Shown here in pieces: positions 49,701-62,586 of a stretch of 64,000 nucleotides of DNA (its first letter is position 1; the number at the start of each line of letters is the position of its first letter). The stretch comes from Glycera tridactyla. Lineage: Eukaryota. Both the position numbers and the translations under genes were made by a program. Below the pieces are notes generated by a model. The model had not been told where the DNA came from. It saw only the letters and a list, made by a program, of their open reading frames with translations, and did not search any database. The DNA is taken from the NCBI GenBank assembly GCA_965644265.1, contig OZ286469.1, positions 38,130,001-38,194,000 on the forward strand. The letters run 5' to 3'.

Positions 49701-52700
49701 GACTCATCATATCAATATAAAGTGTATTGCCCTGAAATGGGGACATCATGCTCTTCCAATAACACTATTGACCGCGAAATCCTACAATGGGGACATTATG
49801 ATGGTTTTATATCAATATATAATTGGGTTAATTCTCAGAGATTTTCAAAATATCTAGAGGCATAAACATCTGAGTTCTATTATAGTGTCAGGCACCTGGG
49901 TGCAACCTTTCAAGGTGAAAAGAAAGGTTGGAGCGCTGAGGTGTGAGGTCAAGATGGCATGACCTGGGGATAGCTGATGCTGGGACATGGTTAGATTCTG
50001 GATCATTATTTTGAAGCTTAGAAAGTAAGAGATTTATTGATTTGAGGAGAATCATACGCCAATGTAGGTAATTTTGTTGCAGGCCAATCGAAAACCTTCT
50101 TTGGTATGTGAGGTCTTTTGAGATAACTATCAGATTTTGAAGATCATTTACTTTATGGGTTGCAAGGGGTCATATGATCTGAACATATCCGTCATATCCA
50201 GTATCAACAATGTATTCTTATCCAACCTTTTACTAATCATTCCAAATTGTCTAGCATGTGAATTCCTACCATTGTATATCTCACACCTACCTGCAATACA
50301 GAACATCTGCCTCATCTTGCTCATGATTTTTGCTCTTGAGCGGACAACATGTACTTGCGAATGTTCAATTAAGATACATGTGGAATATTACGTTCCAATG
50401 AAAAGATATTTGCATGTGACAAACATGCGTGTCTCTTGGATAACTGTCATGATGTACCTTGAGCATAATTTGCTTATTGAATTTCACACCTGGAAGTTCG
50501 AAATGACTCATGTGGTTTCGAGAGGATGTTGATTGAGACTCAATCACACCTGGATGCTTCTTCGTTTGTTATCCATCAGTGTGAGCTGACCAAGGAGCAA
50601 ATGACTCTCACATCTCTAAGTGTAACTGTATATATGTCAATGATGACAATCCTCTGATTGTTAGTTGCTTTTAATGAAGATTTTGAATGCAGTAGAGTAA
50701 TTTTTCTAATTGTTGGAAAATCTGCTTCTTGTGATTAGGCCTTCTCTTCATATGCAAGCAGTGTGCTGTTGGATGAGCATGATGTTATAGCTAGGTCTGT
50801 GCTGCATGCGGTGTTGAGATATATATCATCGGAAAGCCAGATTTGAGATTCTTGGCTTGCGACATAGATTTTGAATATGGGAGATCAATGTGTGCTGGAT
50901 GACAGGAGCTTATGATATCAAAAGCCCTCAATTTAAAGTGTTCTAATTCAATTCGGATCACAATCTGGGAGAAATGACGCTCCTGAAAGTCAGAATATGA
51001 TTTAGGCCATGGGTACAGCTTGGAGCCAGTCCAAGATGAGGGGGGGTTGGCGACATTACTCAGAATGAAGAATCCCAGTGAATGAGCCCTCGATGAGGTG
51101 TATACCGCTGAGAGTCCTATTGAGGTTGGCCGGCCAAACCAAAAAAACAGAAACAGAAACCCTTTGTAAGATTCTGTGCTATACCACATGAAGCATGATA
51201 TTGCTGAATTTGGGGAGACAAAATAATGCTTATTTGAGGCGAAGAATCAGGAATTACAAAGCGGCATGTTCTTCATAGTGGAATGCTCAACATCACAGGC
51301 ATTGCGATTTTTCATCCGATGGCATTCCTTGTTGGTATTTCAATTGTATGTTTTGGATTGACCCATGTGGTGTTGAGAGGGCATTATTTGAACAACAATC
51401 AATCAATCCAATCGCATTCAAAATCATAGCACTCATCATACTATCACCATTTTTGAAATGGAGCTAGATGAATGGCATTGGATTTTTATGCCACGATTAA
51501 GACTTGGGGGCCAGTTGATCATGATTTTGATCTCTTCTTTTAGGGTCAATCTGAACTGGCCACTATGATGATATCGGTGTTTTGGGTAAACACCATGGGG
51601 ATACCAAATGCTACGCACCTGTCCATCATAATCCCAGTCGGCTGTAGGAGAGTTGACACCCAAAAAATAGTTGACCCAAATCACCAAGTTGATAGGTATA
51701 TATCCTGAATGAATGGTGTGTCATCTTAAGAATTTGGGTGGGGAAATTCACTCTTGATATCAGATAGGCTCATTTTTAAACATAGTAGCAGGTGTTTGAT
51801 ATACAATGTGGCTTGGTAATATGTTTTGAAGTACATAGATTTTGTGGAAGTTGGTTCTCCACCCATATCTTAGGTTGATTAGTAACCAACTGAAGAGCAA
51901 TGTCTAGCTGACTGCAACTGATCTGTATATCTGAGTCGCAGATGTTAGCAACATTCATCGGATTGTTTGTTTGAGACATAGCTTGCTGGCATCTCCAGTG
52001 GTGGCTAAATAAAATGATATAATTATTGAGGTGTATGCTATCCCTCATCACTTAAAAGGTCAGTTAAGACGCAGAGGAATGACAGAACTTTAGATTTGGT
52101 TTTCATTCTATTCAGGCCCATAGTCTTTTAGGCTGTCAGGTGGGGCTGGAATTCTTGGTAGTGGGTGCAGAAATCTGCAGGATATTGCTATCTTAGTTCA
52201 ATGCCCAGGTTCTGTATTCCAGCGGCTGCTCCATATAACATTGGAAATATATCTTATCGATCGAGTCACAGAGATCAGTTCTCTTCTCTATGTTATATCA
52301 TAGCTCTTCCAAATTCTGAGCATAGAATTGCAAAACATGTGAAAATTGATAGTAAGCCAGTCCATTTTGTCCACAGTTGTTATATCTTGCTATTCTATAT
52401 CAGAAGTGGTTTATCATTCCCAGTGGCATCATGATGTATTGGAGAATAGCGGATACATGCAGTGTCTTGACAGTAAGTTTGAGGTGTCATATCCTTGATG
52501 ACATAAAAATGTGCTCATTCTGATCATTCAAGCTTCTGGCTAAGTGTAAATCTCAACGTATGAATCTCATGATCATTTCATGTTGTCTGCACAACAATGC
52601 CTTTGAATGGGGTCATTGTGATCATTCAATATTGGGCCAATATGAAATGAGTTGGAATGGCGTTATCATGATCATGACTAAATGCAGTGCCCCTTAATGA

Positions 52701-53150
52701 GGGCAGTATGGTCATACCATGATAATATTATGTACAAAACCTTGAATGGGCTCATCATGACCATTCTGTATCAATATTGGATGCAATCACCTTGGATGAT
52801 ATCTTTGAGGCTTTCTCTGTGAATGATATCTCTCCAATAAAAGTAGGGAAATTACTGCCTATATTCACTGTGGGGCAACAAAAAACTGTTGGAAAAAATC
52901 ATGCATACATGTGAATAGATCCACATCCACACTCGCCCACACACATTGGGATGTTATCATCTGAAGTTTGGCTGATGATTTCATCAATAACCACCAGAGC
53001 ACATATTTATCTGCGGAATGATGGCATCCCCACTGCTGCGGCCAATAGATGGCTGGTTAGCCATCATGGTTGAAATATTGTCAACATGTTCAGCTATTGA
53101 ATCCCAGTCATTATGCTATTATGGAGAGACTTCCATGTATGAAGCATCTT

Positions 53151-53280
53151 GTGTTCAGGGTTTGTGAGAGTGAAGTCTGCAGGGGAAAACACATCTAGCT
53201 TTCATTAACCAGGAACACACAACATACATAACTCTAGGGTTGATACAAGCTGTTAAATCTCAAACAAACAAGCAATCAAT
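53151..53280 (+). repeat. SINE-like 3' end, copy 3
   Basis: Colinear with 56865-56960; tail ttaaatctcaaacaaacaa. Confidence 0.55.
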
Positions 53281-55044
53281 GTATGAAGTATTTTGAAATC
53301 AGATTTCAGCTTTGTACTTTTTAGGGGAGCCAAAATGTAGACTTTCTTCTGTGATCATATTCAATAGGTACAAATGTTCTCTATCTTCGAGACTCAGCTT
53401 CCATCATATTGTGCATTATCTGACTCCCTGATCTTGATTATATTCCTGGCTAAGAGATTCTTTCTTTGATCATGTACCTGATTTGGATATCTTACCTTAT
53501 AGCACATTGCATTTGATGATTAGTCCCCTTGATCTGGAATTCCTTCTGCCATTGTTCCCCTGACGCCGAATTCCTTGTGTCTTTGTATCCCAAACCTTCA
53601 ACACGCTGTATGATAACATGCCCCAACTTGGATTGCCCAGTTGGAATCGCTTACAGAAACACGCTCCTTTTACTATTGTCCAGTTTTGTACCGTTATATT
53701 ACCTCCACCCGCTGTTCCCTCGCCTACAACTTGGCTTTTTGTGGCAATTGTCTGAATAGAACCAGACTATGACTCTCTGCTATTTATCCTGTCCAAGACT
53801 TCTAGATATGAATTGCGGTCTAGCTATTCCCCCACCTCACGCAATCAGAAATGTACGATGAGCTTTACGTTTGGCTTCCGTTGATGATTGAGCAGTTCTG
53901 TTTTCTTCTACAAGCATGGGAAGGGACCAATCAGACATGATGAAGTGAGAATTCGGAATGTTCATGCTACAACAATGATGACTGATTTATCATCCAATCT
54001 ATATCTTTTATCTAAAGATCAAAATTCTACTTTTCAGGCCATGTAGTGCATATTGGCCATATAATCACTTCGCTTCTTTTGTTTGGCAGGCTAACAACAG
54101 AGAATTTATAATGTAAAGAATCTCAGTCTGAGTAATCAGGCCTCTGAGCTTCCAACAACTGTTAGATTTGATGTCAGGGACCTACAAATAATCATAGGAT
54201 TGATTGAGTTTTGTTGAAACATCCTCTCAACACCACATTGGTCATTCGAGACTGACAGATAGTATTGTACAATGGGATGACTCTTCATTATAGGATGAAT
54301 TGTCCTTTTGGAAATGAAGTGAGAAAGAATGTATTCAAACATTGTATTAGATGAAGATGGTCTAAGACAGAAGTGGTACTATTTACTCCAGTTGGTGTGA
54401 TAATTGTCTATCTATTGATATCCAATTTCCCTTAGTGGAGCTCATCACTATAACAATCAAGTTCGTATGATTGTATATTCGTATGATATACGTATATGAT
54501 TGCAGTCAGCTGACCGAGATGATGTCAACTCAGTGAATCGATCTTGACAAAGGTGCCAGAGAGTTTTCTCAGTGATAAAATATTGAAGATAGCAGTAAGC
54601 TTGATAGACATGAAATTGACAATATTTTTCAGGCGTGAAATGGGAGCAATTGAGATCTGTGAAATTTGTCATTGTTATCATTTTAGGTTTGTCAGTGAAG
54701 TCGGTTTCAGTTATAGGCTGACTCAGTAATTTTAGCATTCACGGTTTTATAACAAGTACCTATGTGAATTGTATTTGATGAGGTAGGTGGAAAGATTTTA
54801 GATTAAATTAACTTGAATAATTATCAACCAACCCTGTCTTCTCTCCGTTGTGGTCCTGATAAATCCTCAGGGCGATGAATGAATCATTTGTATGCCCTTG
54901 CCTTACCTAGCCCTCTAAGCCACTCATCATGGTGAACACTAAACTTAGTTCCGTCTAATTTGCCTCCAGTATTCCAGCTATACCGTTGTGATTGGAATAA
55001 AGATTGTAGTTCCATTTTACCTATTTGTTCATGTATCCTGTTGG

Positions 55045-55156
55045 TGAAGTTGAGGCAGGAAGGAGATTTATGCTCTATCACTTAGATAATATGGTGTTGA
55101 AGTTGAGGCAGGAAGGAGATTTATGCTCTATCACTTAGATAATATGGTGTTGAAGT
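55045..55156. repeat. Perfect 53-bp tandem duplication
   Basis: tgaagttgaggcaggaaggagatttatgctctatcacttagataatatggtgt x2, plus tgaagt. Confidence 0.9.
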
Positions 55157-56096
55157 CTGTGAGCCCTCTGTGATTGTAGTCAGGCAACATTATCATCCCA
55201 TATCGAGTCTACCGTGTTGGGAAGCTCCGTCTTCCTGTCCTCCTGGCTGACGTGCTTTACTTGGAGTGCGAAATGCACTAGGCCATTATGCCTACTTGAT
55301 CGGTCACTTTGGTCAGGTGACATGGCTCAAATGAGTTGCGCCATCACATAATAACATGTAAACATCGAAGGGGCCATGTCCAAAGAGCTTGATTGACACC
55401 GTGCCCGAATTGGCATCACTGGCGGGATTTTCAAACTTTCAAGGCTTTTAAATGTCAATTTTGTTTTGTTTTTTAGTAATATCGGATGATAAATTCAGAA
55501 TGTCCCTCGTACCTGGCACGGGAAGGCCGTAAAGGCCTCAAAGCCGTGCCCGGGAAGGCATGGCTACTCGAACTTTACGTACTGCCCGTACCCGGCACTC
55601 GGGGCATTCTTTATAATTCCCTGGTCATCATTGGGAGATGGTATCATGTGACTCTTTCCCATTTTTATGATTAATTAGATATCAATAGGACATGTGGTCG
55701 ACAGTAGGTATCACCCTGCAAAATAGCAAACCTTCATCGAGTCATCATCAGTTTTGAATGCCTGTCTTTCAAGAGAAATGCATCAGTTCTTTCAGACGGT
55801 AACGTATAGTAAAGGGCATCACCGTTCACAGGACATACAGTGATGATTTTCATGAATATCACTTTTCCTAGCTTTAATATGATCTGCTATACACTTCAGA
55901 GATTGTTCAAGATAATATATGGGGGTGGGGATATTTCATAAAACTTTAGTATTTTGATAATCTGAAGTTATTCTTGTGGTTGTTATATTACTTGGAAATA
56001 TCTTATCAAAACCATAAAAACAAAAGATGGCAGTCGACATATAGGTGCTCCTCCAGTTCAGTGAGATATTCCTCAAGGTGTCTATACAATACGGTG

Positions 56097-56318
56097 CAGG
56101 GCTCTACCCTAATAGTTACCCTACTGGCACAGGCAGGCAGATTTGCTGTTAGGGCGGGTGATTTCATCAATCTGCCTGCCCGATGGGCAGGTACCCAACC
56201 CTTATTTGGGCTATGATTATATGCAGGGGGCCAGGTGAAAATGACAGGGAGGGCAAGTAAAAATCCCACGTCACCTGCCTGGAGGGCAGCTGAAGAAAAA
56301 AGTTAACGTAGAGCCCTG
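56097..56318. mobile_element. CAGGG-terminated MITE (possibly hAT-like; no TSD seen)
   Basis: Perfect 11-bp TIR CAGGGCTCTAC / GTAGAGCCCTG; internal GGGCAGGT motifs. Confidence 0.68.
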
Positions 56319-56864
56319 CTGGGTGACATCATAGAGATCGGTAGGATAGTAGGTGATTTTGGCAGATTCATGAATCACTGTGCTGCAGGTTATTCTATGT
56401 GTGCGATGTCTGCAACTCAAAATCAAGTGAGGTTCATGGCACAGCTGGAGCTGGAATCTGCGATCAAATATCAGACCTATAGTAGGTCTTAAAGTCATGT
56501 AAAATGTGATGAAATGGCATTTTGTCCAAACAATGATGAACTTTGCTGTTCATTTCACAAGTCAATCACTCCCAGGGAGCAACTGCCATCAGATGTCCAG
56601 TGCAATCAGATTTTATACGCCCTCATTTCATGTGGCTCGACTCGCAGCCACGGACTCGCAGCCACGGTGGTCCTGCTCATCTCTGGTGGTACAACTTCAA
56701 TCACAATAAACAGCTATAAATCCTGCATGAATGGGGATGAGTCCATGTAATCATGGTGGAGATTGATTGATAGTCTGGCTATCTTCATCATAAAGGGTCA
56801 GTATGGCATGTAGCCATGAATAACTTTATGGCTCATGTGGCTCATATATATTCTCACATCATTG

Positions 56865-57000
56865 GTTCAGGGTTTGTGAGAGTGATGCCTGCAGGGGAGA
56901 GAACATCTGGCTTTCATTGACTGGGAACACATGGCATACATAGCCCTAGGGTCGATACATGCCGTTGAACCCCCCCCCCCCAAAAAAAAAAAAATGGAAA
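56865..57000 (+). repeat. SINE-like 3' end, copy 4
   Basis: Colinear with 53151-53250; ends gccgttgaac-C-run-A-run. Confidence 0.55.
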
Positions 57001-57246
57001 AAAATGTTTTCATTGTGGTGTGAGAAGACAGCTGCTCACTTATTATTCATTATTAATATGCAGATTTCCAATCTGAAACTCACCCTGACAGGATTTCCCT
57101 CACAGCGATATGTATCCACACAGATGAGACAGTTGCTGTGACAACAGGAATTAATGTATCTGAGACAATTCTGTGGTTGAGTTTATTCAGGTGAGCAAAT
57201 ACTCATGTTGTCAGTATGAGTGACTGTCTGCCAGGTATTTGTCGTA

Positions 57247-57791
57247 CAGTCAAACCTGCTGTAAAGGACACCTCTACTAAGCAGCCACCTGTCTGAAGCA
57301 GTCACTCTTAATTTTCCCCTGAAGTATCCTCACTCGAATTTACCTGTTCTATCTGGTCACCTGTCTTAAGCACCACATGGCGACTTATTTCAATTTTTAA
57401 TGACAAAATCACCAGTCCTAAGCAGCCATCCAAGGATGTGTCAGTATGGCTTATAATGGACATGTGGCTTGATGCTACATGGAGGTGTGAAAAACTGTCA
57501 TCTAATCACTATTGCTAGTGCCAAAACAGTTAGTAATGTCCAAGGTGTGCAATCACTGAACCAGAGCTTCTCTCCCGTACACCTCCTATGACTTCAGTTT
57601 GGTTATGTGAACAAGTGTGCCAAGTTTGGTACTTGTTTCCAAAAAGTGAAAAAACATACAATTTTTTTTGGCTTATCCACTAGACTATGGCTCTTGTTGG
57701 GTGAGACTAGAATCTCTATCAAGCCGTCACCTGTCCTAATCAGCCATCTTTTAAATTTTCTGTGAATGGCTGCTTAGGGCAGGTTTGATTG
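57247..57791. mobile_element. Longer TA-flanked CAGT MITE (545 bp)
   Basis: TA|CAGTCAAACCTGC ... GCAGGTTTGATTG|TA; internal AAGCAGCCA(C/T) repeats. Confidence 0.7.
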
Positions 57792-57793
57792 TA

Positions 57794-57952
57794 CAGACCC
57801 CCTGATGAGAGACCACCTCCGACGGGAGATCGCTTTTCCATGGCAGCTTTTCTATTTGGCATAGCTAAATATACCTCCGACAAGAGACCACCTGTTTTGA
57901 GAGACCGCTTTTTGTTGACATTTAGGGCGGTCTCTTGTAGCAGGTTTTATTG
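57794..57952. mobile_element. Family A MITE in opposite orientation to 41982-42157, abutting 57247-57791
   Basis: gagaccgctttttgttgacatttagggcggtctc is the near reverse complement of gagaccgccctaaatgtcaccaaaaagcggtctc (~42000-42033). Confidence 0.72.
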
Positions 57953-59758
57953 AATATGCTTTTCAGCACCTAGGATGATTATTATGCATTATAATAGTAG
58001 AGGCTATCCAGGAAAATAGAGAAATACAAACTAACAAACAACAAAACAAACAAGGCAGGGTATAAACACTATCATATTCGACAGATACCAGTCTATCATC
58101 CCCGGCATCATTATTCATGAAATCATTATTTATGAAATCATATTCCAAAGTTTTGATTACAAGCACTTCTTATCAACTCAGCTACGTGGTGTGATTATTT
58201 CGGGATCACTTAGTGGGTTGTACAATCGAACATAGCTCATGCAATGAGTTTTTCCTGTAGTGTTAGAGTTTCCCATGGTTCATTTATGCCATTTCTTCTA
58301 TCAGCTCATCTGATTTGATTCTTGAAGCAAAATTGGAATCATTACAAGGTATCGCTTTTCTTCAGATTCTTAGTTCTCATGTTCCATAAATGGCTTAATT
58401 TTCATTTCGATGATTCATATTCACATTTAATGTTTCAGTTTTGTAAGTTTTTATTGCTTAATTCTTTGTGTTCAAATTTAAGATGCACCAATCACAAGGG
58501 AACCATTATCTTACTGTTCAGAATTGAATTCTTCTTTGAATTTCATGACATGTACTTTGGAAGTGAATTATCATATTTTTCATTTACAAGCAGGATTTCT
58601 ATTCTGCGGACAGCTGACTTATAGATATGTTATTGCACTAGGAATTGTGATAAATTTCATTAACACTCACTTTAGATTCGAATCTTAACATCATTGTTAT
58701 ATTTGAGATGGATAGTAAAGGAATACATGCCATTCCTAGTAGTCTTTGAGTGGTTATAACAAAATATCATTAGTCAATTGAAAGCTTTTGTCTGTCAGAT
58801 GATCCTGGAGTAGGTGGGGACATTTTGCTTTACAGCACCATCGAACAGTGACGGGACTTTACCGCATGCAGCAATGCCACCTATGTGAAGCAGAGTGAGT
58901 CAAAGAAAGAGCTACTGTGTAGTTGTTTCATCAACCCATCGCAAGAAGATCATCCCACAGTGCAAAATTCCTCTCCCACAGTTCCATGATGTAGTGCTAC
59001 AGTGCACACATCTTTTATACCACAGATGCGTTGTTTTCAGTGAAAGGAAAGGGGTGTGAAAGAATCATATTATCTTCCACATTGTGAAAGATATTCACCA
59101 TGGTATTACTGGAATACAGTTTATGATAGTACCTCAGAATAGGAAAAAGGTTTATGAACCTCCATTGATGGGATATAAATGGAGGAACAACCAGATGAAG
59201 TATGGCAGCACAAATAAAACAGGCCACCGAAGGTATGGAGTGGCTTCTCTCCATGTTTCTCATTTTGCTTCTTTTTCACAATTGCATGTAACCATGCCAA
59301 AACTAGATTGAAGATAGAATTTCTACCTTCAATAGGGGAAATTATGGTGTGGACTTATATGCCAGTTTGACCTATACGCCCGGATTTACAGTACCACACA
59401 ATCAGTTGCTATGGATTACTATGGACTTGAATTCTGTCTGGTTTGTTTTATCCCAATCACTATCTTACCATGTAGATTTACCAGGAACCATGCAGCGTGT
59501 ATATGCTCTCGGTAGATTTAAGTTTGTCAAATGCTAAGCTCTTCGCTTGATGATGTTTGCCTCAGGAGAGTGAAAGGCAAACCAAGCGTGGAGCCAATTG
59601 CTGTATGTTGGATTTCATCGCCAACTGACTAAAAGTCAGACGGTATCAGGCACATGCCTCCGTGTGATGACCCTGATCCCTATGATGAAGTCTTCCAAAG
59701 GACAGACTGAGTTGATTGGACACCGATAACAACCGACACTTTTGATTAACAGGGATTT

Positions 59759-60052
59759 ATGCCAATCATGGGGCTGTTCAGGATTACCTGATTCTTCATG
59801 TCTTAGTTGAGGAGTACAAATGGCTGCAATCAGTCAGAGAGGCTAGCATATGTACAAATACATATTAATGATGAAAATTACCTGTACCAGAATTTGGAAT
59901 TTGGCCAAGAACCTCTTATTGCTGGGCCAGAATTTGCCAATCATGGGGCTGTTCACTTCTTACTTGAGGGGAATAAATGGCTGCAATCAGTCGGAAATGC
60001 TGTTACATATACAAATACATACTTACAATGAAAATTACCAGTACCAGAATTC
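59759..60052. repeat. Diverged ~175-bp tandem duplication
   Basis: gccaatcatggggctgttca at 59761 and 59936; aaatggctgcaatcagtc and gaaaattacc.gtaccagaatt are each present twice. Confidence 0.8.
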
Positions 60053-61803
60053 AACCAACGGTGAAATGCCTGAATGTCCCCCTACGCTCGATGTATGTCT
60101 TTGAAAGGTCACATCATTATTGTACTCTAGTTGGACATATGGGCGGACAGTCCTTGGGATTACTCAGTCTGTACTCAATTTAGTGTCTATACTCAAGCTT
60201 GGATTATAAGTTCTGTCAATACCATATGAGGATGTTTGCAGGGCATGTGAAGTGGATTGTGTTGTGTTGATTGTTGTGGTGTCTTGTGTAGTCTTGTGTA
60301 TTCGGTGACCTCCTTCATCACCCGCTGCCTCCTCCTCTTCCAGAACCCTCGGAGATGTATGTCTCAATGGTGTGAAGCTTAAGTTTCCCCTGAGAATATT
60401 GGGACTTACTGGTCAGCCTGTGTGGGCTAGCATTCAGTTTGCTGCTATGAGCTGTGGGTGCAGTATAACCTGCCTAAGGATTATGGACGATATCCAAAGC
60501 CAAGACCAATGATTGAAGAAATGGTTTGGATTTCGCTCTTATATGGTGGATTATATCAACCATGTGGCTCATATGCACAAACCAGAATGCCTCTGATGAC
60601 ATATTCATGACTTTGAAGGTAGTCATTTTTAGTCACAAGTTCGATAGAACTCAGCAAAATCCAGTTTACATGAGGTATACTTTTGTAGTCCATCAGCGAG
60701 ATTGAAGGTAATTGTACAATATTGATGATATTGGACTGCCTAGGTACATATCCACCTTTCCCAATTGAATCATTCCATTATACACAATTACCGGAATTTC
60801 TCTCTCTATTTCATTAGATATCGAAATCTTGTGGGAAGCACAGGTCCTTCGAATTATAAGGATAGGAGCAACGACTGAAACTTGGTGAAAGTCCCTGATC
60901 ATATAAATTTGATAGTTTGCGGGATGAATTTCATTCATTTATTTCAAATCACCTGATATGAATACTCATCAACTAAAATTTTTGATTGGTAATTTTCTTA
61001 AAATTGTACTGGTCAGTTGACATGAAGATTTTAGATATATTTAGTATTTCTTCTATTTACAGATAGGTTATTGCTTTGATTATTATGAGAATATCAGTTA
61101 AATCCTTTCGGCTTTTATTTGTGTCCAGGCTGTGGATTACTTTTTCCCTAAGTCAGTTAATGAGAGGAGTCCTTTATATGGAATGTTTCTCTATTTTTGA
61201 TTTATTCAATAATACATGAGGATCCAGTTCAGAGAAAAAATATATATTGCGGAGGTTGCATGTCTCTGTGAAAGATGTCTTGTATCTGTGTACAGTGTCT
61301 CTCTTGTCATCTGCGAGAACCTTAATTTGTCTCGACCTGTCAACTGCTTCATAGTGTTATATGAAATCCAGCCTTGTAATCCTGCTGTAAGATTTACAGT
61401 TCCCTACTTTGAGTTTTGTGCGCTATATAGTTTGCGTGGAGGTCACAGTACAGAGAATCAGAGTGCGACTGAGATACTGAAGACCTCAAACGGGTCCAGT
61501 CATTTGTCGCTGTGTAGCTACATATGGTATATATGTAACAATTTATGTGCATTCCCTTCGTGATTTACTAAGAAGGTACATGGCAATAATATCACAAACT
61601 CTGGCAATGGAAGAGCATCAGACACAGTGGCTTGGTAGCCCACTCTCAGAACACATGCCATGCTCAACCAGCAAATTTCATATATATTTTTGCACTGATT
61701 TGACATGAAATCTCACAACAGCAAAGTCCTAGTAGCCAGTAGCTGATGAAAGATTGCAGATGCATTTCGAAAGCTTCTACATTCAAATTTCAAATTGTGA
61801 GTA

Positions 61804-62586
61804 TTGTATATACTGGTGTATAAGTCGAGTTTTTTTTGCCAAAATCCGAGCCAAAAACAAGGGGTCGACTTATATGCCCGATATGGAGGAGAATTAAGAT
61901 TTTTCGAACCAAACACGAGAGAGAATCCATGCTGACCAGCTATTGACAACGATGTTTTTGTTGAACGATAGCACTCGAAAATGGCCAGAATACACCCGGA
62001 TGTGAATAAATAATACCAAACACACGAATGATGACTCTTCTTGCATTATTGATGATCGTTTCTGAGAAAATCCCATCGATTTCGCCATAAACGTGATGAA
62101 AACATTTGACAAAAACAACAAATCAAGAAAGTTCCGCCATCTCAAGCAGATTATAAGGTCAAGGCCGTATGCTATATAGGTATTCTGGTTCCTGTTTTGA
62201 TATACATCCGGGGACTTTGGCTTCATGACAATGGCGCCCAAATCACTTTCAAGCAAGCCAGCCTTTGTTTTTATCACGAAATACATGAATATTCAGTGTT
62301 GCTACGTGTTTTCAGTGGCGGGAAGCATCTAATCATGGATTAGACTTGTGAATTATCAATGTATAAAGGTGTGAACGACATGACAAAAGCCGGGGTAAGG
62401 CATGAATTGGCTTCTTTCAGTGGTTTGTGTGTCGTTTCTCGTTGGCATTTTCGCAGATACATGCGATGTTCGAGCAAGATTATGGGGTCGACTTATACAC
62501 AAGAAATTGACTAAATCCCGACTTTTGGAGGCGAAATCGGGGGTTCGACTTATACGTCAAGTCGACTTATATGCCAGGATATACGG
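61804..62586. mobile_element. Non-autonomous Tc2/pogo-like DNA transposon (~780 bp)
   Basis: TA|TTGTATATACTGGTGTATAAGTCGA ... TCGACTTATATGCCAGGATATACGG|TA (25-bp imperfect TIR); repeated sub-terminal TCGACTTATA motifs; CpG-rich; no transposase ORF. Confidence 0.75.

Noticed and set aside
57962-57980. TTCAGCACC, considered as an RE1/NRSE site in a neuronal gene
   Set aside because: Only the left half matches; the GGACAG right half is absent.
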